NCBI GenBank assembly: GCA_030592845.1
Contig: JAUVII010000004.1
Span: forward strand, 1-58,881
Reading direction: 5' to 3'
DNA length: 58,881 bases
From: Candidatus Krumholzibacteriia bacterium
Lineage (GTDB): Bacteria; Krumholzibacteriota; Krumholzibacteriia; LZORAL124-64-63
Under the pieces are notes generated by a model. The model was not told the origin of the DNA and made no database searches. It saw only the letters and a program-made list of their open reading frames with translations. Made by a program: the position numbers and the translations under genes. Positions 1-8,141 of this stretch are shown in pieces; the first letter of the stretch is position 1; every line of letters starts with the position of its first letter.

Positions 1-791
1 CCGAACGCGGCAAGGCAGGCCAATTCATCATCCTGAGGGTGAACGATGAAGGTGAGCGCATTCCCCTGACCATCGCCAACCGGAATCCGGAAAAAGGGAC
101 CATCACCCTGGTTTTCCAGGAAGTCGGCAAAACCACCGAAATGCTGGGCCGGCTGAATGTTGGCGACGAGATCCTCGATCTGGCCGGCCCTTTGGGCAAG
201 GCCACGGATATCCCCGAGGGCAAGACCGTGGTCTGTGTGGGCGGAGGCATCGGCAACGCCGTGGTGTGGCCGCAGGTTCAGGCTCTCAAGGCCGCGGGCA
301 ACCGGGTCATCGCCATCCTCGGCGCGCGCAACAAGGAACTTCTCATCCTCGAGGAAGAGATCACCGCTTTGGCCGACCTGACCATCATCACCACCGACGA
401 CGGCAGCTACGGCCGCAAGGGCATGGTCACCCACGCGCTGGTGGATCTCATCGATGAAGGTGAAAAGATCGACGAAGTCATCACCATCGGACCGGTGGTC
501 ATGATGAAGTTCGTCTGCAAGACCACCGAACCGTTCGGCATTCCCACCCAGGCTTCCCTCAACCCCCTGATGGTTGACGGAACCGGCATGTGCGGCGCCT
601 GCCGCGTGACCGTGGGCGGAAAGACCAGGTTCGCCTGCGTCGAAGGCCCCGAGTTCAACGGACACGAAGTGGATTTCGACGAGTTGATCACCCGCCTGGC
701 CTACTACCAGCCGGAGGAACGTTCATCGCTCGAAGACTATCACCGGTGCCGCATGGAAGATGCCGCCGACAACCTGCCCAGCAGCAAGTAA
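1..791 (+). CDS. nfnA: PyrK/sulfide-dehydrogenase-like FAD/NAD(P)-binding 2Fe-2S subunit (NfnA-like ferredoxin:NADP oxidoreductase small subunit); 5' end cut by the window edge
   Basis: The frame is open from nt 3 (..KAGQFIILRVNDEGERIPLTIA..), so the listed GTG at 39 is internal. It has the GGGIG dinucleotide-binding motif and the C-terminal cluster motif GTGMCGACRV. A GltD-like partner gene follows 12 nt downstream. Confidence 0.8.
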   Translation, partial: ERGKAGQFIILRVNDEGERIPLTIANRNPEKGTITLVFQEVGKTTEMLGRLNVGDEILDLAGPLGKATDIPEGKTVVCVGGGIGNAVVWPQVQALKAAGNRVIAILGARNKELLILEEEITALADLTIITTDDGSYGRKGMVTHALVDLIDEGEKIDEVITIGPVVMMKFVCKTTEPFGIPTQASLNPLMVDGTGMCGACRVTVGGKTRFACVEGPEFNGHEVDFDELITRLAYYQPEERSSLEDYHRCRMEDAADNLPSSK

Positions 792-803
792 AGGAGGGCC
801 GGC

Positions 804-2288
804 ATGAACGACACACCCAAAAAGCCCAAGAGGGTCTTCAACAAGTCGAAGACAAAAACGCCCATGCGGGAGCAGGCCCCCATGGACCGGATCATGAACT
901 TCGAGGAAGTCCCCCTGGGATACAACGAAATCGAAGCCCAGCAGGAAGCCCTGCGCTGCATCGACTGCAAGAACAAACCCTGCATCGCCGGGTGTCCGGT
1001 GGGCATCGACATCCCCGCTTTCCTGAAGCTGGTGGGCGACAAGGATTTCGAGGGCGCGTTGAAAAAAATCAAAGAGAAGAACTTCCTGCCCGCCATCTGC
1101 GGCCGGGTCTGTCCCCAGGAAGACCAGTGCGAAATGGTCTGCACGCTGAACAAGCCGGACAAGGGCCGGGAGCCCGGCGGCGTCGGCCGCGTGGAGCGTT
1201 TTCTCGGCGACTACGCCGTGGAGCACAACCTGGACATCATGCCCGATATCGCTCCGGCGACGGGCAAGACCGTGGCGGTCATCGGTTCCGGTCCCGCCGG
1301 CCTGACCGCGGCCAGCGACATGATCCAAAAAGGTCATGAGGTCACCGTTTTCGAGGCCCTGCACAAACCCGGAGGGGTTCTGTTCTACGGCATCCCCCAG
1401 TTCCGGCTGCCCAAGGAGATCCTCCTGAGGGAAGTCGGCGGACTGGAAAAAATGGGTGTGAAGTTCGTCATGAACTACCCCGTGGGAAAATCGGAAAGCC
1501 TGGACAGCATCCGCGAGCGGTTCGACGTGGTGTTCATCGCCACCGGAGCCGGCCTTCCCTGGTTCCTGGGCATCCCCGGCGAAAATCTCAACGGGGTCTA
1601 CAGCGCCAACGAATTCCTGACGCGCGTGAACCTGATGGGTGGTTATAAATTCCCCGGCGGCGCCGACACGCCGGTCAAGAAGATCAAGCGCATCGCCGTC
1701 ATCGGCGCGGGCAACACCGCCATGGACAGCGCCCGGACGGCCAAACGCCTTCAGCCCGAAGTGGTGTACCTGGTGTATCGCCGGAGCCGGTTGGAAATGC
1801 CTGCCCGGATCGAGGAGATTCATCACGCGGAGCAGGAAGGGATCGACTTCAACCTGCTGCACTCCCCCATCGAGATCATTGATGACGGGAAGGGCGCCGT
1901 GGGCGCGATCCTGTGCCAGGAGATGGAACTGGGCGAGCCCGACGACAGCGGACGCCGCCGGCCGGTGCCCATCGAAGGCAAAGTGCGCGAATTCGCCGTG
2001 GACACGGTGGTCATCGCCATCGGCCAGGGCCCGAACCCCCTGTTGACGGCGGATTGCCCCGAGCTGGAACGGAACGACCGCAAGGGCACCATCGTCATCA
2101 ACGACCTGATGCAGACCAGCTTCGAGAACGTCTTCGCCGGGGGCGACATCGTCACGGGCGGGGCGACGGTTATTCTGGCCATGGGCCAGGGTCGGGTCGC
2201 GGCGGACGCCATGCATCGGTACCTGATGACCGGAGACCCCCGCGAACAAGGGGACGATCAGAGCGAGGTTTGCCCAAACCTAACCTGA
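804..2288 (+). CDS. nfnB: GltD-family NADPH-dependent oxidoreductase, large subunit of an NfnAB / glutamate synthase small-chain-like pair
   Basis: 494 aa. Contains an Fe-S motif (CIDCKNKPCIAGCPVGIDIP..CGRVCPQEDQCE) and two Rossmann motifs (GSGPAGL, GAGNTAMD). Pairing with the upstream PyrK-like subunit is typical of NfnAB/SudAB. Confidence 0.85.
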   Translation: MNDTPKKPKRVFNKSKTKTPMREQAPMDRIMNFEEVPLGYNEIEAQQEALRCIDCKNKPCIAGCPVGIDIPAFLKLVGDKDFEGALKKIKEKNFLPAICGRVCPQEDQCEMVCTLNKPDKGREPGGVGRVERFLGDYAVEHNLDIMPDIAPATGKTVAVIGSGPAGLTAASDMIQKGHEVTVFEALHKPGGVLFYGIPQFRLPKEILLREVGGLEKMGVKFVMNYPVGKSESLDSIRERFDVVFIATGAGLPWFLGIPGENLNGVYSANEFLTRVNLMGGYKFPGGADTPVKKIKRIAVIGAGNTAMDSARTAKRLQPEVVYLVYRRSRLEMPARIEEIHHAEQEGIDFNLLHSPIEIIDDGKGAVGAILCQEMELGEPDDSGRRRPVPIEGKVREFAVDTVVIAIGQGPNPLLTADCPELERNDRKGTIVINDLMQTSFENVFAGGDIVTGGATVILAMGQGRVAADAMHRYLMTGDPREQGDDQSEVCPNLT

Positions 2289-2343
2289 TCCGTATATAGA
2301 AGATAGGATTCCAGTTGGGCCTGCATCCCGGCCGGGATAAGAT

Positions 2344-2373
2344 CACCTCCCTTGGTTCATACCTTGGGAGGTG
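2344..2373. terminator. Hairpin in the convergent gap between nfnB and purN (possible bidirectional terminator)
   Basis: CACCTCCC (2344-2351) pairs with GGGAGGTG (2366-2373) around a 14-nt loop. There is no clear U-tract on either strand. Confidence 0.3.
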
Positions 2374-2401
2374 TTCATGTATGGGGCAGTCGAAGGTCGG
2401 A

Positions 2402-2995
2402 TCAGCCCAGGTCCGCCGCCAGCCGGGACAGCACCCGGGGATACAGTTCGCATTCCGCGGCGAATACCCGGGCGGCCAGGGTGGCCACATCGTCACCGGG
2501 CAGAACAGGTACTTCCTGTTGACCGAGGATGCCGCCGGTATCGTACTGGTCATCCACCAGGTGGACCGTGCACCCGGTCAGGGTATCTCCCGCCGCCAGT
2601 ACAGCCTCGTGAACCCTGTCGCCGTAAAACCCCTTGCCCCCGTATTTGGGCAGCAGGGCGGGATGGATATTGACCACGGGACCGGAAAACCAATCAGGCT
2701 GGATGTAGTAGCAGAGATAACCGGCCAGGATAATGATCCGGGGCCCATGCGAGGCCAGCCAGGAGTTGACCGCCGTGTTGTGGTCGGCGCTCGAGGCATG
2801 ATCCCTACGGCGAAAAACCTCGCAGTCGATGCCGTGAGCGCGGGCGATTTCCACTCCGCGCACATCGGGCCGGCTGGAAACAACCGCGGTTATCTCCAGG
2901 TTCAGTTCCCCGTCCGCGCGTTTGGCCAGAAGATTCTCCAGGGTCCGGCCGCTGCCGGACAACAGCACCGCGGCCTTTACACCTTTGCTTTCCAT
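2402..2995 (-). CDS. purN: Phosphoribosylglycinamide formyltransferase
   Basis: Motifs LLSGSGRTLENL, NIHPALLPKYGG and TGCTVHLVDDQYDTG. I place the start at the internal ATG (cat at 2993-2995, MESKGVK). The 72-aa extension of the 2402..3211 ORF overlaps the NUDIX gene and looks non-coding. Confidence 0.9.
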   Translation of the reverse strand: MESKGVKAAVLLSGSGRTLENLLAKRADGELNLEITAVVSSRPDVRGVEIARAHGIDCEVFRRRDHASSADHNTAVNSWLASHGPRIIILAGYLCYYIQPDWFSGPVVNIHPALLPKYGGKGFYGDRVHEAVLAAGDTLTGCTVHLVDDQYDTGGILGQQEVPVLPGDDVATLAARVFAAECELYPRVLSRLAADLG

Positions 2996-3008
2996 GGCTT
3001 TCTCCAAT

Positions 3009-3527
3009 TCAGGGTCCCCATTCCCTGGCCAGCATGGCCAGGACCCGTCTGTGGGCCGCAAAGGCGACGGGTCCGGGAAGGTCGTCCAGGGCGAAAAAAC
3101 CCACTTCCTCCGCGTCGTCCCCGGCCTGCAGTTCTCCCCCGGTTTCTTCGGCGCGGTAAAAAACCACAAGAACGGGAATATCGGGAGGCAGGATGCCGGA
3201 TTCGACGGCAAAAAGTCCCGTCAGGCGCACTTCGAGCCCGGTTTCCTCGAGGGCTTCCCGCCGGGCGGTCAGCTGAACATCCTCATCCCATTCCATGAAC
3301 CCGGTGGGGAATGACCACTGACCCTGCCTGGGCGGAAATTTTCGTTTGACCAGACAAACCTTCCGCTCGCGCAGGACAATCACCCCCGCGCCGGGGGCGG
3401 GATTGAGGTACTGCACAAACCCACAATCAGGGCAGAGGGGACGCTGGATTCCGCCTTCGAGACGCAGGGCCATGTCGGCCCGGCAGTGCGGACAATGTTT
3501 GAAGACATGGCGGTTGGTCGTGTTCAT
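3009..3527 (-). CDS. NUDIX hydrolase with N-terminal zinc ribbon
   Basis: Nudix box GFMEWDEDVQLTARREALEETGL. N-terminal CPHC..CPDC pairs form the zinc ribbon. Confidence 0.85.
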   Translation of the reverse strand: MNTTNRHVFKHCPHCRADMALRLEGGIQRPLCPDCGFVQYLNPAPGAGVIVLRERKVCLVKRKFPPRQGQWSFPTGFMEWDEDVQLTARREALEETGLEVRLTGLFAVESGILPPDIPVLVVFYRAEETGGELQAGDDAEEVGFFALDDLPGPVAFAAHRRVLAMLAREWGP

Positions 3528-5143
3528 GACGTCCCGCCGCTTTCCGAACGGCTACCCTTGATTCCCAAACCCACTGCCAAAATCGACCAAAGGACCAGGA
3601 ACCCGAACAGGGGCCAGGCCCCGTAGGCAACATACGGAGTCCGTCCGTCCCCGGGCCTGATGGCGGCTCGCGCGATTCCCTTTTGCCCGAGGTCGAGCCA
3701 GGCAAGTTTTTTCCCGTCGGCGTCACAAATGAAACTGATCCCATTGTTGGCGCAACGGATGACGGGCACACCGCATTCCACGGCCCTCATGCGCGCCAGC
3801 CAGGTGTGCTGCCGCGGGCCGGCGGACTCGCCGAACCAGCCGTCGTTGGTGATGACGACCAGGCACTGGCTGCCACGGCGAACGGAATACCGGGCCAGGT
3901 GGGAAAAAATGGATTCGAAACAGACAAGCCCGGAAAATCGGAAACTCCCCCGGTCCGTTTTCATCGTCATGGGTAGGGGTGCTTCTCCCGGCGTCCATTC
4001 GGCCTGCCCCACGTCCAGATTTGCCAGAAAGGGAAAAAGTGATGTAAAAGGCATCGATTCACCAATGGGCAGCAGATGGTATTTGGCATACTGGTCCACG
4101 ATCCTACCCCGGGGATCGAACAGACCGGATGAATTGAAGGTCCTCACCTTTCCATCGGGATCCCGGTCGGCATCAGGGAATCCCGTGTATAGCCAGACAC
4201 CCGAATCGATCACCAACTCACGGGCCCACTTCAGCAGGTCCTTGTCATAGCGCAGATAGGCGGGCACCGCGGTCTCCGCCCAGACCACGAATTCGGCGCC
4301 GTCATCGGCGGCCTTGCGCGTCAGTTCATCGTAGGGATCCTTGGTGGCGTCGATCTCTGCGTCCACCCACTTGACGGCCAGAGGCACATCAGCCTGGATG
4401 GAGGCCACTTCCACGACATCCATGGTTCTTTCAGGATCCGAAGCCGCTGGCGGATGCACCAGGGAACCCGCCAGCAGACCAACCCAAATCAGGCCACAGG
4501 CCACCAGAAGCGCGTTGCGCTGGAAGGCAGTCACCAGGGAGCCGCGCCCGGCTGCCCAGACAGCTGTCAGCGCGGCGGCAAAAAAAGCCAGCCCCCCTCC
4601 CACCCCGATTTCTCCGCTGGTCCTGGCGACAAACAAAAGGGGCGACCCGATCACGGCCGCGCCGCTCACACACCAGGAAAAGGCCAGCTCGCCCCGGGAC
4701 CGCAAAGCCTCCATGCCCACCCACAGGACCGGGAGCAGCAAAAGCCCCACTCCGATTCCCAGCCGATTCCTCAACTTGCCGAACACCCAGCCAAAGACCA
4801 GGTAGAAACACGACACGTAGAGGATGGCCGCTGAGGCCTGAATGGGCACCAGGGCGCGGGTGGGAATGGTCTTGGAGGGATCCAACAAAAACAGCCAGTG
4901 CAGGATGGTGGCCTGATGGGCCAGACCAAAAAACCAGGCGGCCCGGCCCGGGTGCGCCGATATCAGCAGAACGCCAAACAGCAGGGCCATCCCCAGGGGG
5001 ACCAAAAGTCCCGTCCAGGGGTACGGGGGAAGACCCGCGGTTACCAGAAGGCCGGCGAAAATAACCAGGTTGGTCGATAAACCCGGCAGGCCCACCCGGA
5101 ACCGGGGGCCCTTGTTTTCCAAGTTGTCATTCATGATCGGCAA
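3524..5143 (-). CDS. lnt: Apolipoprotein N-acyltransferase
   Basis: 539 aa with a multi-TM N-terminal half and a C-terminal CN-hydrolase domain. E-K-C contexts are VVWAETAVP, YAKYHLLP and GLVCFES. Overlaps the NUDIX start by 4 nt. Confidence 0.9.
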   Translation of the reverse strand: MPIMNDNLENKGPRFRVGLPGLSTNLVIFAGLLVTAGLPPYPWTGLLVPLGMALLFGVLLISAHPGRAAWFFGLAHQATILHWLFLLDPSKTIPTRALVPIQASAAILYVSCFYLVFGWVFGKLRNRLGIGVGLLLLPVLWVGMEALRSRGELAFSWCVSGAAVIGSPLLFVARTSGEIGVGGGLAFFAAALTAVWAAGRGSLVTAFQRNALLVACGLIWVGLLAGSLVHPPAASDPERTMDVVEVASIQADVPLAVKWVDAEIDATKDPYDELTRKAADDGAEFVVWAETAVPAYLRYDKDLLKWARELVIDSGVWLYTGFPDADRDPDGKVRTFNSSGLFDPRGRIVDQYAKYHLLPIGESMPFTSLFPFLANLDVGQAEWTPGEAPLPMTMKTDRGSFRFSGLVCFESIFSHLARYSVRRGSQCLVVITNDGWFGESAGPRQHTWLARMRAVECGVPVIRCANNGISFICDADGKKLAWLDLGQKGIARAAIRPGDGRTPYVAYGAWPLFGFLVLWSILAVGLGIKGSRSESGGTS

Positions 5144-5208
5144 AATACCCGACCAGGCGGGCAGTGTCCAGTGGCGCCGCCGTCAAATTACCCAGGGCAG
5201 GATTTTTC

Positions 5209-6714
5209 CTAGGTTGAACCGATCAGATCGGACATCCCATACCTCTGGATTTTTTTGTAGAGACCCTGACGCGACAATCCCAGGCGCCGGGCGGCGGCGG
5301 CCTTGCGTCCTTCGGTGGCGGCGATGGCTTTGCGGATCAGGTAACGCTCGAGAATTTCGTGCGCCTTGCCCAATTCCCGCAGGGTACCCAGATCGGCCAC
5401 GTCCACCCTGCCGGTTCGCGCAGTTTGGATATCGGTGGACAAACAGCCAAGGGTTATGGTCTCCGCCTGGGGATACAAGGCCAGGAAGCGCTGCACCTCA
5501 TTCTCCAATTCCCTTACGTTTCCCGGCCAGCGCCAGGCCTGCAAGCACGCAATTGCTTTTTCTGTAATTGATATATTTTCAAGGTCTTTTCCGTTTTTAA
5601 TGAGAAAGTAGGAGAACAAAGGCAGGACATCCTCCGGTCGATTTCTCAACGGGGGAATTTCCAGGGCAACCACCTTGAGACGGTAATAGAGATCCAGGCG
5701 AAAATTGCCCCGGGAGATCTCCGCGGGCAGATCCTTGTGGCTTGCGGCCAGGAACCGGATATCCACGGGACGACTTTGCAGATCCCCTATCCGGCGCACG
5801 CTACGTTCCTGCATGACACGCAATAGCTTGATCTGGAGTTCCATGGGCATGTCACCGATCTCATCCAGAAAAAAGGTGCCGCCGTGGGCCGAGGCCAACA
5901 GACCCTTCTTTTCCCCGCTGGCTCCGGTAAAGGCTCCGGCCTTGTGCCCAAATAATTCGCTTTCGAACAGAGATGCCGGCAAGGCGGCACAGTTCTGGGC
6001 CACGAACTCACCTTTCCCCCGTTCGCTGCATTGGTGCAGGGCTTTGGCGATGACTTCCTTGCCCGTCCCGCTTTCCCCTTTTAAAAGAACATTGACCCCA
6101 CTTCTGGCAACATCCGGGAGCCTTTTGCCAAGTTCCTGCATTTCCGTGCTGCAGCCGATGCATCCGGGGATGCCGGGTACGGCGATCGGCCTCGGCAGTG
6201 GGAGGCAATTCCCCCTGGGTTTTGACCGGGATTTGGAACCGGTCCGTATTCTTGGCAGCCCGGGTTCCGGAAGCGGGAACAGGCTGCCCTGGTCGGCGGA
6301 TGCCGCCGGGAACCGTTGCTCATGATGGGGCTCCAACTGCTGAAGCACCGGACCCAGCCTGGCCGCCAGCCGTTGTCCCCACAGAAAAATGGATTCCCGC
6401 CAGGGCTGCTCAGCCTGGAACCAGATTCCCAGGCAGCCCCTTACCTGACCCTTCTCCACCAGCGGCTCCACCCACAGGGCGGTGTCGGCCGACTGGAAAG
6501 ACATTTCCTCTCTGCGCTCGACCATGGCCTTCAGCAGGGCGCCCAGAGGTGGTCGCTGGTCAAGACTCATGGATCGCCCCAGGCCGGTGGCCCAGGTGAA
6601 CAGGATATTAAGGGGCGAGGCCATATCCTGACCATCACGCCGCACAACCCAGACGGCCGCGCCCTTGCCCCCGTGGGGATAACTTCTGATTTCCTCTTGC
6701 CAGAATTTCTGCAT
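5209..6714 (-). CDS. Sigma-54-dependent transcriptional activator (bacterial enhancer-binding protein) with a non-receiver N-terminal sensor region
   Basis: Walker A GESGTGKE, the sigma-54 contact motif GAFTGA, ESELFGH and a C-terminal Fis-type HTH (AARRLGLSRQGLYKKIQRYG). The first ~190 aa have no receiver-domain Asp signature. Confidence 0.85.
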   Translation of the reverse strand: MQKFWQEEIRSYPHGGKGAAVWVVRRDGQDMASPLNILFTWATGLGRSMSLDQRPPLGALLKAMVERREEMSFQSADTALWVEPLVEKGQVRGCLGIWFQAEQPWRESIFLWGQRLAARLGPVLQQLEPHHEQRFPAASADQGSLFPLPEPGLPRIRTGSKSRSKPRGNCLPLPRPIAVPGIPGCIGCSTEMQELGKRLPDVARSGVNVLLKGESGTGKEVIAKALHQCSERGKGEFVAQNCAALPASLFESELFGHKAGAFTGASGEKKGLLASAHGGTFFLDEIGDMPMELQIKLLRVMQERSVRRIGDLQSRPVDIRFLAASHKDLPAEISRGNFRLDLYYRLKVVALEIPPLRNRPEDVLPLFSYFLIKNGKDLENISITEKAIACLQAWRWPGNVRELENEVQRFLALYPQAETITLGCLSTDIQTARTGRVDVADLGTLRELGKAHEILERYLIRKAIAATEGRKAAAARRLGLSRQGLYKKIQRYGMSDLIGST

Positions 6715-6716
6715 GT

Positions 6717-6759
6717 AATGAAAGCCTTTCGCTGAATTGAACAGTGCGAAAGTTTCATT
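6717..6759. promoter_or_regulatory. Imperfect inverted repeat immediately upstream of the enhancer-binding protein start
   Basis: ATGAAAGCCTTTCGC, a 13-nt gap, then GCGAAAGTTTCAT, starting 3 nt from the ATG at 6714. Confidence 0.25.
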
Positions 6760-6817
6760 GCATGAGTGATGCCACGTTTCTCAAATGAAAAAATTCACGG
6801 TTATTTGACCTGCTCCT

Positions 6818-6835
6818 ATGGCAACCGGTTGCCAT
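6818..6835. promoter_or_regulatory. Perfect 18-bp palindrome ATGGCAACCGGTTGCCAT (candidate operator)
   Basis: Read directly from the sequence. It lies about 100 nt upstream of the enhancer-binding protein start. A second perfect 12-bp palindrome, GGGACATGTCCC, lies at 6936-6947. Confidence 0.3.
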
Positions 6836-6950
6836 GTCATGACATACCAACACTCCAGATCCACGCCAAAAATTTCACGGCTGATGGAGTGTCCCGCTCC
6901 TGTCCCGGTCGGTCTTTCCTATTCCGGAGGTTTACGGGACATGTCCCATG

Positions 6951-6976
6951 AAAAAAGCCGGCGGGTCAGCGCCAGC
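6951..6976 (-). terminator. Rho-independent terminator downstream of purM
   Basis: The minus strand reads GCUGGCG-CUGACC-CGCCGGC-UUUUUU. This is a 7-bp stem with one G-U pair, 25 nt after the purM stop. Confidence 0.75.
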
Positions 6977-7000
6977 TTGAACATTCCATCAGACATGGGT

Positions 7001-8014
7001 TCAGAAAGGAAGACGGACCTTTTCCGCGCCTTGGCCAACAGTTCCAATTTCGATGACCGTGAGCCCCTCCACTTTGGTCAGATCGGTTTCCGGTCCCGTG
7101 ACCACAACCATCCCGATCCCCATGTTGAAGACCCGGTACATTTCACTGTCCGCCACGCCCCCTTTAGCGGCGATCAGCTGGAAAATGGGCAATGGCGTCC
7201 AAGCGGTCGGATCAACCTCCACGCACAAACCGTCGGGCACCACGCGCGGGATGTTGTCATAGAACCCGCCGCCGGTGATGTGGATCAAACCGTGAACGGC
7301 CGGTCTTCCCAGAACCGACCAGATGGCCCGCAGGTCGTTCAGATAACTGCGGTGAACCGCCAGCAGGGCATCGCCCACCGAGACCCCGCCCAGGACCTCC
7401 GGTTTATCATCGACGGCAAATCCCGCCTTGTCCAGCAGGACCGCCCGGGCCAGGGAGTAACCGTTGGTATGCAGCCCGGTGCTGGGCAGGCCCCAGACCC
7501 GGTCACCGCCGCTGATGCGGCTGCCGTCGATGACATCCTCTTCACGGACGCGGCCGACGATGGTCCCGGCCAGATCGAATTCCCCCTCGCCGTAAACACC
7601 GGGCATTTCCGCCGTCTCTCCGCCGAGCAGGGCGCAGCCGTTTTCGCGGCACGCGCGGGCGAACCCGCCGATGATCTCGGGCAGGACCTCTTCCTGCAAT
7701 TTGGAAGTGGCGAAATAATCCAGGAAGAACAGCGGCTCGGCCCCCTGGACCAGGATGTCGTCCACGCAGTGATTTACCAGATCCTGGCCCACGGTGTCGT
7801 ATCTGCCGGCCAAACGGGCGACCATGACCTTGGTGCCCACGCCGTCCACACTCGCCACCATGAGGGGTTCCCCCTCAGCAGCCTGGAAAAGGCCCCCAAA
7901 GGCCCCCAGTTCATTGCGCACCCGTCCATCCCATGTGGAACGAACGGCTTCCTTGCTACGAGCCAGGGCGCGTGTGGCGGCATCGATATCCACGCCGCTA
8001 TCGGAATATTTCAT
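7001..8014 (-). CDS. purM: Phosphoribosylformylglycinamidine cyclo-ligase (AIR synthetase)
   Basis: MKYSDSGVDID.., DGVGTK and GGETAEMPG. The start is the ATG at 8014, with GGGAGG 7 nt upstream. The ORF extension to 8107 is probably not translated. Confidence 0.92.
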   Translation of the reverse strand: MKYSDSGVDIDAATRALARSKEAVRSTWDGRVRNELGAFGGLFQAAEGEPLMVASVDGVGTKVMVARLAGRYDTVGQDLVNHCVDDILVQGAEPLFFLDYFATSKLQEEVLPEIIGGFARACRENGCALLGGETAEMPGVYGEGEFDLAGTIVGRVREEDVIDGSRISGGDRVWGLPSTGLHTNGYSLARAVLLDKAGFAVDDKPEVLGGVSVGDALLAVHRSYLNDLRAIWSVLGRPAVHGLIHITGGGFYDNIPRVVPDGLCVEVDPTAWTPLPIFQLIAAKGGVADSEMYRVFNMGIGMVVVTGPETDLTKVEGLTVIEIGTVGQGAEKVRLPF

Positions 8015-8141
8015 GAATTTCCTCCCGCGGAAGATCCGCCGGTCTGGGAACAGGAAAGAAAGAGCCCGTATGGGACAGATGATAAGAGCCGCAGGCGGGA
8101 GGTTCAAGGAAAGCCCGGGCGGAAACGCGGGAAAATGGTTA

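Noticed and set aside
723-2249. 508-aa minus-strand ORF antisense to nfnB. Similar long antisense ORFs occur at 6818-8167, 8211-9119, 10526-11500, 14950-15870, 20681-22012, 22548-23681, 30458-31606, 31751-32890, 32814-34289, 42382-44199, 45013-47049, 50148-51413, 54781-56103, 56262-57845 and 57845-58879.
   Set aside because: Each lies opposite a gene with unmistakable conserved motifs. Their translations are low-complexity and rich in G/R/P/A/H/D/V, as expected for stop-poor frames in GC-rich DNA. None has a recognisable domain or a sensible start context.
2996-3211. N-terminal extensions of listed ORFs: purN to 3211, purM to 8107, nrdR to 14951, arcC to 20844, ppdK to 33373, lipoprotein B to 38423, lipoprotein A to 41019, the 1058-aa protein to 44331, glyS to 47055 and the 7TM-HD gene to 55142.
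   Set aside because: The extensions overlap the preceding gene or are Pro/Arg-rich non-protein-like sequence. In several cases (purM, nrdR, ppdK, lipoprotein B) an internal start codon has a Shine-Dalgarno-like sequence. In the others it reproduces the canonical family N-terminus, a signal peptide or lipobox, or avoids overlap with the neighbouring gene.
6818-6835. Possible sigma-54 (-24/-12) promoter in TGGCAACCGGTTGCCA
   Set aside because: The GG-to-GC spacing is 9 nt, not the canonical 10 nt of TGGCAC-N5-TTGC. The perfect dyad symmetry fits an operator better. The TGGCAG elements at 40983-41003 also have the wrong spacing.
8015-8141. Possible purine or ZTP (pfl) riboswitch in the 127-nt region upstream of purM
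   Set aside because: Only a loose resemblance (CCCGCCTGCGG versus the CCGCCUGGGC 3' element). The conserved 5' subdomain (GACUGGCG and the pseudoknot partner) and the purine-riboswitch core are absent by eye. An Infernal scan would be decisive.
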